NCBI RefSeq assembly: GCF_009914755.1
Contig: NC_060940.1
Source: the human T2T-CHM13v2.0 reference genome, Homo sapiens
Strand: one strand, 5' to 3'
Length of the DNA stretch: 64,000 bases
Made by a program: the position numbers and the translations under genes. The notes below the pieces were generated by a model. That model did no database searches. It was not told where the DNA came from and saw only the letters and a program-made list of their open reading frames with translations. Position 1 is the stretch's first letter, and each line of letters starts with the position of its first letter. Positions 1-15,300 of this stretch are shown piece by piece.

Positions 1-2498
1 TATAACGGCACGGCCAGACAATAATTTGTCCTTATAAATTATCTACCCTAAAGGCTAAACTGAAAATCCAGTTGATATCTGACACAACTTTTGTTACTGA
101 ACTGGAGTAAACCTGATAACCTAAAACAAGGTAGAAAAGGCACTGTCTCTTCTGCATTATCTATTTCTGATTCAAAGACTAATCTGTGTCACGGGAAAAT
201 GGGAGTCTTGGATCTTCAGCATGTAAGCTACTTAAAGAGGGCCCATTGATTCTCTTCACCCTAGAACACTACAGGGAGCCCCCTGAAACACCGCAAATGT
301 TTGAAAGCTGAGTGTGCAAAAGTCAAAGTACAAATGTATAGGTTGTTAGGTTGTTATTGGGAATATTCTTCACAGAAGATTAAAACATTAAAAATTTTAA
401 AATCCAATTATTGTCATTATATAGATCCTGCCTTATTCAAATCCACAAAAACCAGTAAGCTTAAGAACCTTCATAGACACTCAGATACCCAAGAGAGAGA
501 CTGCTGGAAAAGTCTCCCTCCTAAGTACTTGTAGTTTCATTTCATTCATCACTATCTAAATATCTTCCTTCCTATGGGCTCCCACTTCTGGATCCCTCTT
601 CTGCAGGGATCTGTGGCAATCTCCAATCTACATCTTCAGCCTAGGAAAGCCCAGATTCCTCAAAAGATGGGCTAACATAATTGAGAGTAGGATCTCTCTA
701 TTCCTCTGCTTCTGGAAAGTAAGTTAGTCTCAGTCATCCACCCCAAGCATATGCATGTTACCAACTACCCAAATGAAGCTTCATTGCCGTTTTGCCGGCC
801 AATCCTACATTTGCCCTACCCTACATGTACATGAGAGAATTGAGAAAAGAGTCAGAAAAAAAGAGACATCCACTCTGGGTCATAGATCTATGTACTTAAG
901 CAATCTCCAGCTCCCTAGTCCTTGAGGGATTCTAAGTCCTCTGTAAGCTGGGATGGAAGAGGATGACACCACATTCCTATCTGCTCCAGAGACTCTTTCC
1001 AGTGGCTCAAATTCTTTTAACATTTTTCAATAAAACCTTGAAGTTTGTCAGTTCCTCCAGTTAAACAAACAAAAAGGCAGCAACCTCTTCAGAACTCCTT
1101 GAATGCCGTATTCTAATATGCCTTTCTTGATAGCTCCCAACATCCTGTGTTTTCAATTCCCTTATCTTTATCAAACTTGCATTAAACCAAATATTCAGAT
1201 TTTTTCCTAAAACCTTCATTTCTATCCAACTAAGAGTTTGTTTCTCTTCAAATTTGGCTGTCCCCTGCAAATTCCATTCTTATCCACTTTCATTGGGTTC
1301 AACAGCTCATTCCATTCTCATCCTCTTCCACTGTGTTCACTAGAGCCACTCCCTCTTCCTAAAACTAAAATCTCTCAATGACAGAATGATGTAAAAGAAG
1401 ACTGGGTTTTGAACTAAGAAATCTGAGTGCAATTCTCATTTCTCTGATTTACTGTATCCAAATAATTTTCTCTCTTTAAGTTTCAGGTTCTCCACCTGAA
1501 CAACCACTTCATCAGGATGTTAAGCAAGGATTCAAGTACTAGAGGATATTTTGTTTAGTCTCTAGGATTTCTTAACATTCTGAAATTCTATGCACCTCTG
1601 ATTGTGTCTGTAAGAAAATGGGGAATATTTAGCTGCCATACATGAAAACTATAAAAGAAGTTCTTAAACCCTAAGAAAAGCAGTAGAGAAAGTGAAAAGA
1701 AATCAAGAAAATACTAAAATGTCATAGAAGGAAAAAAGAAGAATCCAGAAAATAAGAAAAAGCTACAGCGAACTAGGCAGGGTACTCACTTAAAGAGAAA
1801 ACCTAACTGGGCAGGCAGTAAGTAGAGAAATGAATTAGAAATATCCTTTTAATATGTGCTAAATATAGTTAACATAACATGGTCTATATTTAGATAATCT
1901 CCATGCACAGTAAGGTAATATTTTTCAAGGACTGGACTGGTCTTGCTTATGAAAAACTTAGGGTCCTGTGGACACAGGTAACTGATATCTGCCTTTAAAA
2001 TTTTGATGGTTAAAAAAAATGTAATATGGTTACCACTGCCATTTCCAAAATACTTGGACAAACTTTTGGAGTATCCATGCTTCTAAGGAACACTCTAAAG
2101 AGAGTTAATATATAACAAAATGTGACTTTCTGAATTGATCTGAGTTAAACCAGTACCGTGATCACATTGCTGCATAGGTCTGTATCCATCTATGCTTAGG
2201 GGCAAATGAAGTGATTTGAGAGCCAGGCAGGATGATGGCCAAATCATGGGTTGGCTACCTGTTAACTGTGGAATCATGAGCCAATATTTCAACCTCTTTA
2301 AAGCAGAGTTCCCTAATTAGTAAAAAAGCAATAATAGCACAAATAGTTTGTAAAGCTGTGTGGAGATGACATGACATGATAAATATTAAGCATGTAATAT
2401 GGTGTCTAGCACAGAGTAGAACACTAAATGGATACTAGTTTCTATTCTCTCTATTCACTAAGTTAACATATCACTTTAAAAAATCTATGAAATCATAC

Positions 2499-2529
2499 CT
2501 GTTTAAACACTGTTCAACAGCAGGAAGCA
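2499..2529 (-). pseudogene. ANKRD36-like exon (31 nt)
   Basis: tttaatag|TGCTTCCTGCTGTTGAACAGTGTTTAAACAG|gtatga; VLPAVEQCLNR. Confidence 0.88.
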
Positions 2530-2596
2530 CTATTAAACAACAAGTAAAATGCATTTTAAATCAATAGGAACCTATAAAATATTAAAAACATAAAAG

Positions 2597-2990
<394 letters not shown>

Positions 2991-4320
2991 CATGTCTTTC
3001 ATACAAGACATCAGAAGGATTTAAACCATTATACTACAAATATTCATCATGCTCTTTGACTTGCCTGAAAATTGAGCAGGTACACAATGACAATTATTAC
3101 ACTTTAGATGAATGCACACTTCAAAGCTCCTCAGTGGAAGTGTCCTGAATTGGTCAGCTTGGATATATGTTTGGTGAATCCTATTATATGGTATTCATTA
3201 TTTTTCATACCCATGTGGTATAATAATGAGCTTGCACTTTGGTATTTTCTGGTTTAACCTTCAGAAAGTTTTGTCAGTCACTCATGGGAACAAGGTATAA
3301 TATACAAACCTAATCAAAATGTATAAAAAATTATCAAATTTGATATACTTACACACAATAAAGTTGCTACAAGCATTAGATATGAATAACGTTGTCCATT
3401 TGGAAATCACTCCAATATTCATTAAAAAAATATATTTTAGGAGTCAATTAAAGAATTTAACATTATTTTTGTTTCTAAAATAAGTCTGGTTTGAAAGATC
3501 ATGTTATTCTCTAAAGTATTTTCATTAAATTGCTATTTTATCCAAAAGTTTGCTCTCTGAACAACAAAGCCAGTGTATGCATATTTACATTTATCTCATT
3601 TGACTAACTGATAACAACAAAACATATATCTCTGATGCCCAATAATGACAAAGAGGGGTAACAGGTGACTGTGGTTTATCACAATTCTAGCACTAGCACT
3701 CTATCCTGCTTCCAGTAGTTCCTGGAGCAGCCAAAATCAAATCTTCCTTCATGCAAACATTCTAAAAGCATCTGAAGTGAGTTCCCTCAGGTTTCCTCAG
3801 CAGAAACCCCAAAAATTATATAAATAACTTCTTTTTCCTTCTTCCTGCCTCACAATCCCTCTTCCCTGAGGAAAATAATTACTACATCAGCGGTCTCGTT
3901 ACTTCTCGTTCTATAGTGTTTATGGATTATTATGATCACTTCCTCCCTCTGGTTTTAGCAGTGTGATCTGGCGCCTATAATTTCTAGTACTTCATCTTGT
4001 TCTCCTTCCCCTCTTGATGGAAACATGCTGTAGAATTAAAGGAAAATTATGCTGTCCTCTCAGCCTGTTATGTCTTGAACTGCTCTCCAATGGTTCTTCT
4101 TCCCAATTTCAATGTAGGGAAGTCTATAATCTTACTATTCAGATCATGGCCAAAAATCAGCAGAATCACCATCACTCCAGAACTTATTACAAATGCAGAA
4201 TCTCAGGCCTGCTGAATCAGAATGAGCAGCTTCAATGAGCCCCCTGCTGATTTATTTGGGGAAGGGAAGTTCTCCTCTATCTTGAATGTACATGACATTA
4301 AATGTGTATTGCAAAATTAT

Positions 4321-4516
4321 CTGTCCCAGATTTTTGTTCATCTTTTAGTTCTGTGGCTATGTTCGAAACAGAATCTTTCTTGTCACTTGTATCCTGAATG
4401 GGATTTCAAACAAAATAATCAATACATACAGTATATTTCATAGACTATACAGTTAATAATTCAAAATATGAATGAAGAGTGTAATACCTTCAAGGCCGGT
4501 TGTTTCTGAGAAGACA
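4321..4516 (-). pseudogene. ANKRD36 repeat module 2: 29-nt exon (4488-4516) and 73-nt exon (4321-4393, donor mutated)
   Basis: VSSQKQPALK plus DTSDKKDSVSNIATELKDEQKSGT. The donor reads ATAATT, versus GTAATT in module 1. Confidence 0.92.
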
Positions 4517-6198
4517 CTGAAAACCAAAAGGGATACATAATCACTCGTATGTAAATATGATAAAGTTATTCATACTTTCATGCAGTGTTAGCATCAAGCT
4601 GTATCCTCCTGCCTGAATTAGCGTAGGCTTTGATGTTTTCTACTTTGTGTATTGGGACAGGAACATGACAGAATTACACTGTAGAAAACAGAAGTATAGT
4701 CTTCACAAAACAAACACTTCCAATTTCATAGGTGATATTATTCTTCATATGTCTGTTACTACAATAAAACAGTGTCTATATCAATGTGGATATGCCGAGT
4801 GATGAGGAAAAATGTGATCTAAAATCAGAGCAGCAACTCATACACTTGGGAATCAATGTCAAAGCAGGTGACTAATGCTCCTGCATGTTTTTCATGTAAG
4901 ACATCAGAGGGATTTATACCGTTATACTACAAATATTTATCATGCTCTTAAACTTGCCTGACAATTGAGCAGGTACACAATGATAATGGCACTTTAGTTG
5001 AATGTACACTTCTCAAGTGCTCTGTGGAAGTGTCCCTAATTGATCAGCTTAAATATATGTTTGGTGAATCCTAGCATATAATATTCTTTATTTCTCACAC
5101 CCCTGTGGTGTCATAATGTGCCTACATTTCTCGTATCCTCTAGTTTAGCCTTCAGAAAGTTTCTTCATCCACTCATGGCAAGAAGGTATAATACATAAAC
5201 CTCATCAAAAAGTATAAACCATCAAATTTGGCATACTTATACAAAATAATGTTACTAAAAGCATTAGATATGAATAAGCGTTTCCATTTGGAAATTGCTC
5301 TGATATTCATTGAAAATAACCACTTTAGGAGTCAATTAATGAATTCAACATTATTTTTGTTTCTAAAATATCTGGTTTGAAGGATCATGTTATTCTCTAA
5401 AGTATTTTCATTAAATTGCTATTTTATCCAAAAGTTAGTTCCTTGAAAAACAAAGCCAATGTATGCATATTCATGATTATCCTATTCGAATAGCTAATAC
5501 CAAGAAAACATATATCTCTGATGCCCAACAGTAACAAAGAGGGGTAATGAGTCACTGTGTGTCATCACAATTCTAGCACTCTATCCTGCTTCCAGTAGTT
5601 CCTGGAGCAGCCAAAATCTAATCTTCTTTTATGCAAATATTCCAAATGCATCTGAAGTTGAGTCCCATCAGGTTTCTGCAGCAGAAACCCCAAAATTACA
5701 TAAATAACATCTCCTTTTCCCTCCTTCTTGCCTCTCAATCCCTCTTCCTTGAGTAAAATAATTACCACATCAGACGTCTCCTTAGTTCTCTTTCTACATT
5801 GTTTATGGGTTATTCCAATCACTTCTTCCATGTGGTTTTAACAATATGATCTGATGCCTATAATTTTTATTACTTAATCTCTTTCTCCTTCCCTTTACAA
5901 TGGAAACAGGCTGTAGAATTAAAGCAAGAATATGCTGTCCCTTAGCCTATTATATCTTGCACTGCTCTCCAATCATTCTTGCCAATTTCACTGTGGGGAA
6001 GAATATAATCTTACTACTCAGATCATGGCCAAGGAACAGTAACATCAGTGTCACCTGAGAACTTATTACAAAAGCAGAATCTCAGGCCTGCTGAATCAGA
6101 ATGTGCAGATTCAATGAGCCCCCTGCGATTTATTCAGGGAAGAGAAGTTCTCTTCTATCCTGAGTGAACATGACATTAAATGTGTATTGCAAAATTAC

Positions 6199-6394
6199 CT
6201 GTCCCAGATTTTTGTCCATCATTTATTTCTGTGGCTATATTCGAAACAGAATCTTTCTTGTCACTTGTAGCCTGAATGGAATTTGAGACAAAATAATCAA
6301 TACATAAAGTGTATTTCACAGACTATATAGTTAATAGTTCAAAACAGAAATGAATGTGTAATTACCTTCAAGGCTGGTTGTTTCTGAGAACACA
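6199..6394 (-). pseudogene. ANKRD36 repeat module 1: 29-nt exon (6366-6394) and 73-nt exon (6199-6271)
   Basis: VCSQKQPALK plus ATSDKKDSVSNIATEINDGQKSGT; canonical AG/GT at all four ends. Confidence 0.92.
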
Positions 6395-7791
6395 CTGAAA
6401 AGCAAAAGGGATACATAATCAGTCATATGTAAATATGATAAAATTATCCATACATTCATGCACTGTTACCATCAAGCTGTATCCTCCTGCCCCTATTAGT
6501 TTAGGTTTTTAAGTTTTATACTTTATGTCTTGGGACTGGAACATGACAGAAATACACTGAAGAAAACACCAATACAGGCTTCATGAAATATACACTTACA
6601 ATTTCAAACATGATATGATTTGTCACATGTCTAAAACTAAAATGAAACAGTGTTAGTATCAATGTGGATATGCGGAGGGATAAAAACAAATGTGGTCTAA
6701 AAACAGAGGAGCAACTCATGCACCTGGGAATCAATGTCAAAGCAGGTGGTACGTGCTCTCACATGTCTTTAGTGCAAGAGATGAGAAGGAAATACACCAT
6801 TATACTACAATCATTCATCATGCTCTTTAACTGGCCCAATAACTGAGAAGGCACACAATTATGATGACACTTCAGCTGAATGTACACTTCACATCTCCTC
6901 AGTGGAAGCGTCCTAAATTGATCAGCTTGGATGTATGTTTGGTGAATCCTAGTAGACAGTATTCATTATTTCTCAGACCCATGTGGTGTAATTATTGCCC
7001 AAGTTTCTTGTGTTCTGTAGTTCAGCCTTCTGAAAGTTTTTTCATCTACTCACGGCAATAAGGTATAATATGTAAACCTCAATAAAAAGTATCATCATTT
7101 ATCAATATTGACATACTTCTACAAAATAAAACTGCTACAAGCATTAGATATTAATAAGCTTTCACATTTGGAAATGACTCCAATATTCATTGAAAATAAC
7201 CATTTTATGAATCAATTAATGAATTCAACATTATTCTTGTTTCTAAAATAGTCTGGTTTGAAGTATCATGTTATTCTCTAAGGAATTTTTATTAAATTGC
7301 TATTGTATCCAAAAGTTAGCTCCTTGAAAAACAAAGCCAATGTATGCACATTCATGTTTATTTCATTTGAATAACTAATATCAACAAAATCTATGTCTCT
7401 GATTCCCAATAGTAACAAAGAGAAGTAACGAGTCACTGTGGTTTATCTGAATTCTAGTACTCTTTCCTTCTTCCAGTAGTTTCTGGAGCAGCCAAAATCA
7501 AATCATCTTTTATGCAAATATTCTAAATGCATCTGAAGTGAGTTCAGTTATACTTAGAGTCATAATTTAAAAAATCATTTTCTTTGTACTCATGAAGGCT
7601 CCTAAGATTCCTACATTTCCCAGATTCAGCAGTTCAGCTCTTTTGCCATCTCTTTTTCCACTTTTGCAAAAACATACATGTCAAAGAAATCATGCATAAT
7701 CAGATTCCCATGTAAATAAGGTAAACAAAATCTCTAAATTACAAGAGACTTCTTTTCTTATTAGTAACCAACAAAATATATACATACGTAC

Positions 7792-7823
<32 letters not shown>

Positions 7824-9924
7824 CATGATTGCCAAGAATATTGGTAGTTTTTTTAGTACTCAAGATATACATTCTTTTATTACTTTGTTTCTAAAGCTAG
7901 TTTGAAATAATATACCATAGGGGTCTCTCAGGTCCTTTTATGAAATAACTACCTCAGCAAACACACCTTTCCTAAAGAAAAAAAAAACACTTTTTCTAGA
8001 TTAAGCTGCATCCCAATATGCTAACTGATGTGAACGAAGCACATATCATTGATGTGTAAAACTTCTAGGGAGGAGAAATGAAACCCTGGGGGTCACCCTC
8101 ATCCTTCTAACTTCCGCTTTCCATTAAGTGACTCCCCACAAGTCTCCTCATCAGAAACCCCCAAATTACCTAGCTAGCCACTTTCTTTGTTCTGCCCAAT
8201 TTGACATACACTCCTTTTCATTCATAAATCTAATATCCATATTGGTGGACTTCATTCTTTGCCCTCCACATTCATTTCTTCATTATTCTCACCACTACTG
8301 TATTGTGACATCTGTACAATCCCATTCTGACACATGTGAAGATAAGGTTTTGCTTTATTAAAATGTTAAATGTATCAGACACTTGACTAACGTGTACAAA
8401 TTCCTTCTTCACAAAAGCAGCCCCATGGCCTTCTCTCTCCCATAGACACTCTTTCACAGCTGTTCTTCACTCACATCGGTTTGAGTATCTATCATCTCTC
8501 ATTTTGTCTCTATGCTTTCACCTCATATCATGAGTTATTATCATAGGCTTAGCAGCCTTTCTTACCTATTTTCCTCTCCAGGAGACAGTACTGAGTAGTA
8601 AATTAGAATCTTCCAGGATATGAACACTTTCACGTACACAAGACTTTGTGGAGCTATTTTATGTTTAACTACACATAAAACCACTATGTCTATGCATTCC
8701 AGAGAAACGGTCTCTGAAATGTTATTGAACATAACCTATTTAAAAACTTCTTTAACTACAATGACACTGCCTCTCCTCAATGCACCAACATCTTCAGAAA
8801 TAACTTGTGAAGACTTGAAAACATGTCAGTAATTGACATGAAAAATGAAGAATGATGTAATTTTTTGCAGGTATAAATAAGACATGCTGAGATCCTTACT
8901 AGATCCAAGAAGAGAAGAGTGCCATGAGACAGGAAATAAATATGGAACAGAAATATTTTCATTTGTAATGAAAATTATTCTATTTACAGTTTTCAGAAGA
9001 GAAAAAAATACACACACACACACACACATTCACACACAAAAACCAGAGCAATACGGCTTTACAGGGTGTTTTTTCTTCAAAAGCCTATTTGTCATTTGAC
9101 ATCCGGGAACACTCTATAGGGATCAACAAAGGGGTTCTAAATTGTGACCTGAGTAGTTTAGAGTTTAAAATTCATGAGGGGGAGTCAAGAGGACAAGTAA
9201 CACTTTGACCATTGGCCATTTCCTCTCCTTACTGTCATTCTCTGAAAAGCACACACTGGATTTTCTCAGGATCATGACATGTCAAAAAGACATGCTTTAA
9301 GGGGGAAACAGTTGCAATCAACACAGCCATGGGAGACATACAGCTATGCTTGCTAGGATTTCCAATACTTCTGTTTCATTTCTAATATAGTACAAGTCAT
9401 TAAAAGCAACCACATAAGCATATCCATGCTGGTATCTCATCATATTTATGTCCATATGGTATCAGCATGAAGAGAGCATAATTAAATATGCTGCAGTCAT
9501 CACATGGCATATCATTAGATCATACAATAAATCGAATACCTCACTGGGTCAACATGGATAGATCTGAAATATATATCACTGATTTTACAAAGACCAAGTT
9601 GCAGTCATTGTGTGCACTGTCTGAACTTTTCTACAAGGTTTTAATACACAAAATCACGTTCTACATGTTATCTATGAATGTGCACATATGTTATAACAGG
9701 TTTTTAATGTGTATTTGGGTGATTTCTTTTTCTTTTTTTAAAAAAAATTAAGTTCTTGGTTAGATGTCGTCAATAAGTTTTAGTAGTATAGAAAACCCTA
9801 AGACCATGACAGCTCAGAATGACTGTCTTAAAAGGCTATGTCTACCAAAGAGTCAGGAAAGCACGACTACTTACTTTCTTCATTTTTAAAACTCAGAGGT
9901 ACCCCACGCACACTCCCAAATAAA

Positions 9925-11427
9925 GCTGCACACAAGTTCTTTAGTTTAATTAGATCCCATTTTTCAATTTGGGCTTTTGTTGCCATTGCTTTTAGTGTTT
10001 TAGTCATGAAGTATTTGCCCATGCCTATGTCCTGAATGGTACTGCCTAGGTTTTCATCCAGGGTTTTTACACATTTAGAACTTACTTTTAAGTCTTTAAT
10101 GCATCTTGAGTTAATTTTTGTATAAAGTGTAAGGAAGGGGTCCAGTTTCAGTTTCCTGCATAAGGCTAGCCAGTTTTCCCAACACCATTTATTAAATACG
10201 GAATCCTTTCCCCATTGCTTTTGTCAGGTTTGTCAAAGATCAGATGGTGTAGATGTATAGCATTATTTCTGAGGCCTCTGTTCTGTTCCATTGGTCTATA
10301 TATCTCTTTTGGTACCACTACCATGCTGTTTTCATTACTGTAGCCTTGTAGTATAGTTTGAAGTCAGGTAGCATGATGCCTCTAGCTTTGTTCTTTTTGC
10401 TTAGGATTGTCTTGGCTATATGGGCTCTTTTTTTGGTTCCATATGAAATTTAAAGTAGTTTTTTCTAATTCTGTGAAGAAAGTCAATGGTAGCTTGATGG
10501 GTATAGCATTGAACTTGCAAATTACTTTGGGAAGTATGGCCATTTTCAAGATATTGATTCTTCCTATCCATGAGCATGGAATGTTTTTCCATTTGTTTGT
10601 GTCCTCTTATTTCCTTGAGTGGTGGTTTGTAGTTCTCCTTAAAGAGGTCCTTCAAATCCCTTGTGAGTTGTATTCCTTGCTATTTTATTCTCTTTGTAGC
10701 AATTGTGTATGGGAGTTCACTCATGATTTAGTGCTCTATTACTGGTGTATAGGAACGCTTGTGAATTTTGCACATTGACTTTGTATCCTGAGACTATGAG
10801 GAAGTTGCTTATCAGCTGAAGGAGATTTGGGGCTGAGACAATTTGGTTTTCTAAATATACAATCATGTCATCTGCAAACAGAGACAATTTGACTTCCTTT
10901 CTTCCTATTTGAATACCGTTTATTTCTTTCTCTTGCCTGATTACCCTGGCCAGAACTTCCAATACTATGATCAGAGTGAACAGGCAACCTACAGAATGGG
11001 AGGAAATGTTTGCAATCTGTCCATCTGACAAAGGCCTAATATCTAGAATCTACAAGGAACTTAAACAAATTTACAAGAAAAGAACAATCTCATCAAAAAG
11101 TGGGCAAAGGATATGAACAGACACTTCTCAAAAGAATACATTTACGCAGCCAACAAACATCTGAAAAAAAGCTCATCATCACTGATCATTAGAGAAATGC
11201 AAATCAAAACCACAATGAGATACCATCTCACGCCATTTAGAATGGCAATCGTTAAAAGGTCAGGAAACAACAGATGCTGGAGCAGATGTGGAGAAATAGG
11301 AATGCTTTTACACTGTTGGTGGGAGTGTCAATTAGTTCAACCATTGTGGAAGGCAGTGTGGTGATTCCTCAAGGATCTAGAACCGGAAATACCATTTGAG
11401 CCAGTAATCCCATTACTGGGCATATAT
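9925..11427. mobile_element. L1PA-type LINE-1 ORF2 fragment with 5' inversion (minus 9925-10969, plus 10970-11427)
   Basis: ORF2 peptides on both strands: minus [39 protein letters not shown]; plus MNRHFSKE...[11 protein letters not shown]...LLHCWWEC. Confidence 0.93.
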
Positions 11428-11430
11428 TTG

Positions 11431-11434
<4 letters not shown>

Positions 11435-11468
<34 letters not shown>
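11435..11468. repeat. (TG)n microsatellite
   Basis: Seen directly; similar tracts at about 7797-7823 and 9010-9028. Confidence 0.95.
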
Positions 11469-11901
<433 letters not shown>

Positions 11902-12297
11902 TCATGAACTTTTGTACATGCCTTAGACCTTGTAGGAAAAATATTATAAGACTTTGATGCTTTATTACAGAGACTCTCATGATTTGTTACAAAGCAGTGC
12001 TTTAGAAACATACTTGGAGGCTATACTAAAATTATTATTTATACTATTTGTAGGCAACTAATGAGTTAAGAACTCTTATTTCCTTTCTTACATGCTTAGC
12101 ATATACTTATCAAATGCAAAGAAGAATATATTATCAAAATTTGTTACCTTACATGTGAATTGCGGTATAAAATAGTCATAATTCTAACAGAATTATATCA
12201 GACTGACAGAAAATGGCATCATTAGTAGAATCAATATAATGAGCAGGCATTGTCAAAGAACATGATTTCTGGACAAATGAACCAGGTGCAGCTAGAA

Positions 12298-13819
12298 CAG
12301 CAGTCCCCCTTATCTGCTGTATGTGTAGAAAACACATATTCAACATGATGTTCCCCTTCTCTCACACCGCAACAACAATCATCAACACAGAAGATTTCTG
12401 TGACCAAATATGTATTTTTCCCCAGCAACAAGCAAACAATCAATTCCGATGGGTGCCCTCTAATTCTGACACTATCTACTTGGGGATTATCTACAGGTTG
12501 AGGGCTCAGTACCACAAGGCTATTCCCCCACAGCAGTTACAAGTCTGGGCCTCCAGAACTTCTAATCAACTTCCAGTTGGACTTCAAGTTGGGTTTCCCA
12601 GGACCCCCTCTTTGGTTTGATCAATTTACTAGAGTGGCTCAGAGAACTCATGGAAACACATTTACCAGTTTCTTATAAAGAATATTAAAGGATACAGATA
12701 AAGAGATGCATAGTGCAAGATATGGGGGGAAAGTAACACGCTTCCATGTCCTCCCAGGGCACTCACCCTCTGGGAACATCCATGTATTCTCCATATGCCT
12801 TCATGTATTGAATGAGAGCATCCAGGTAGCTGAATACAGCTACCTGGATGCTCTCCAAATCCAATCCTTTTGGGATTTTATGAAAGCTTCCTTACATAGG
12901 CATGACTGATTAATTGAACATTCAGCCCCTCTCACATCCCAGGTGGTGAGGGGTGGGGCTGGAAGCCCCAACCCTCTAATCACACCCTGATCACTCTGAT
13001 GATGAGCCCCACCCTGAAGCCATCTGGAGGCTGCCTGCCATAAGTCAATCATTAGCATACAAATGATATCATGTGGGAAGTTCTGAGGATTTTAGGAGTT
13101 GTATGACAGAAAATGGGGTTGAAGACCAAATATATATTTCATAATATGACATTGGTGGTTTTATTGACTGCAGATTCAGTTACCCACGGTCAACCATGGT
13201 CCATAAATAAAATTCCAGATGTATATACATCATAAGGTTTAAATTGCATAAGATTCTGAGTAGTATGATAAAATTTGAGCCATTACATCCCAGTCTGCCC
13301 AAGATGTGAATCATCCCTTTGTCAAGTGCATGCACATTATATATGATATCTGCTCACTAGTCATTGACATAATCTGTACCTAACATCCAACCAACAACAT
13401 CATCATGGCTCACGGATCCAAGATCACGTGAAGCAGATGTTCTTCTTTCTGACATATAGTCAAATAGAAGGTCAATAATAGCCCAAGACTACATGGCAAT
13501 GCCTACTGCATTTGCCTCACTTATCACATAGCCATTTTATCATCTCACATCAGTGCAGAAAGTAGGGTGACTATAGTACATGATATTTTGTGAGCTCACA
13601 TTCACTTAACTTTTATTACAGTATATTGTTACAATTGATCCACTTTACCATTAGATATTATTAATCTCTTATTGTGCCTAATTTATGCATTAAATTTTAT
13701 TATAGATATATATGTATTTTTAAAAATTATTGTATGCATAGAGTTCAGCACTATCCATGTTTTCAGGCATTCACTAAGGGTCTTGAAATGTATCCCCCAT
13801 GTATAAGAGGAAATTACTG
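12298..13819 (+). mobile_element. MER44/Tigger7-like DNA transposon split by an LTR insertion
   Basis: Left TIR CAGCAGTCCCCCTTATC at 12298; resumes near 13152 (CAGTTACCCACGGTCAACC); right TIR TATAAGAGGAAATTACTG followed by TA. Confidence 0.75.
12318..13151 (-). mobile_element. MER21-family LTR
   Basis: TG...CA ends; the right end reverse-complements to TGTCATATTATGAAATATATATTTGGTCTTC, MER21-like. Confidence 0.7.
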
Positions 13820-14894
13820 TACTTATTTTGTTGAAACACAAGTTTCTCCACTTCTTCAGTTTAAACTATTCAGGATAAAGCACTCTAATACAAAAAATCT
13901 AGGTCTATGAAAACTGTACTCTATTCTATGGCAAAACACAGCATACAGACCAGGGTCAAGGATCCCTGCAAAGACTTTTCAGCTGCCAGTGCAGAAGAGC
14001 CTAAGAGAGATCAGTATCCTTACCTTCACTAATCCTCTCCTAGGGAAGATTCTGGTAAGTTTGCTTAGTTCTAGCTATTCATTCACCCTATGTAGGGCAC
14101 AAACAATGCTTAAATTCAGCTTTCATTTTAGCTCCTTCAAAAAAACACACACAGAGGAAATAGCACTCCCTTAAAAGCTTATCCAATCTGAGTCTTGTCT
14201 CCTTTTCAGAGAGAAGCTTATGAAGAAACGCCAGGGAGGTATGGCAAGTTGCCAGGGAGGACTTTCTAATATATAAAATATATATAAAGGAACCATAAAC
14301 TCACTGGAGCTACCAAGATGTGCCAACAGTTGTCCCACTACCTAGTGTGAAAAACAACAACAACAACAAATCTTTGTCACTTTAGGTAAACAAAAATAGT
14401 ATGACTCTCTTGGCATTTTTCATGATGGAGAACCTAGTTATAAGTGAGTCATGTTATAATAATATAGACTGTTTTCAAACTGATCCCTCAAAGAAAGAAG
14501 GTCAATAAGAAACATATTTGTATGCCTATAGTATTCACTAGCTGGTCTTATTTCCAACTGCAAGGTAAATAGGAAAGACTTTCTGACTCCAGTTTTATAA
14601 AGTACAGCCTCTTGAGATTGTCCCTTTCCACTTCTAGTCTATCTGGACCCATCTCACAGAGAAGGATGATCCAGTTATTGCTGTGTAGTATACAGCATGA
14701 AGCCATTTTCCTCAACCCTCCTCATTATGTGGCAAATGTCTATATAAATTATGCTTTTTCAACATGTAAAGCATATGCCATTAAATCCTACATTAATAAA
14801 CTAAAAGCAAAAAAGCACAATGGATAGCTTAATTGAATACATTCAATTATCTTGGAAATTTATGTTTTGTAATATTGAAAAAGATATCCACTAT

Positions 14895-15300
14895 ATTATC
14901 CTTAATATATGACTATGCTGGACATATCAAAACTATGGAGACAGCAAAAATATTAGTAGTTGACAGGGGTTAGTTGGGAGGGAGGAATAAAAAAAGAGAG
15001 ACGAATTTCAGGGCAGCGAAAGTATTCTAGTGGCAGGTACATTTATTATACATTTGTCCAACTATATAGAAGGTACAATACCAAAAGGGAACTAAGATAT
15101 AAACTATGGACTTTGGGTGATTATTATGATCCAGCAATGTAAGCTTCTCAGTTGTAACAAATGTACCACTCAGGTGGGAGATATTCATAATGGGGGGAGC
15201 TATGCATGTGAGGGGGGATGGCATATATGAAAAATCTCTTTAGGTTCTTTTCAATATTGCTGGGAATATAAAACTGCTCTTAAAATAAAGTTATTAATTT
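14895..15300 (+). mobile_element. Old L1 (L1MC-like) 3' end
   Basis: AAAACTATGGAGACAG...AAACTATGGACTTTGGGTGAT...AAAACTGCTCTTAAAATAAAG. Confidence 0.7.

Larger units (their letters stand above)
2991..7546. repeat. Diverged tandem repeat, about 1.88-kb unit, about 2.4 copies (ANKRD36 exon-pair unit)
   Basis: Unit-start motif (CATGT.TTT...AAGA.AT.AGA.G) at 2991, 4884 and 6762. The exon pairs are exactly 1878 nt apart. GCATCTGAAGT recurs near 3770, 5650 and 7530. Confidence 0.92.

Noticed and set aside
1-1270. Further ANKRD36-like exons (acceptor-like CCTTTAG near 47-55 on minus; ORF 1061-1270)
   Set aside because: Translations do not match the next expected family peptides and stops interrupt them; they cannot be supported.
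10407-11364. Active reverse transcriptase gene
   Set aside because: Fragmented, frameshifted and partly inverted L1 ORF2 remnant.
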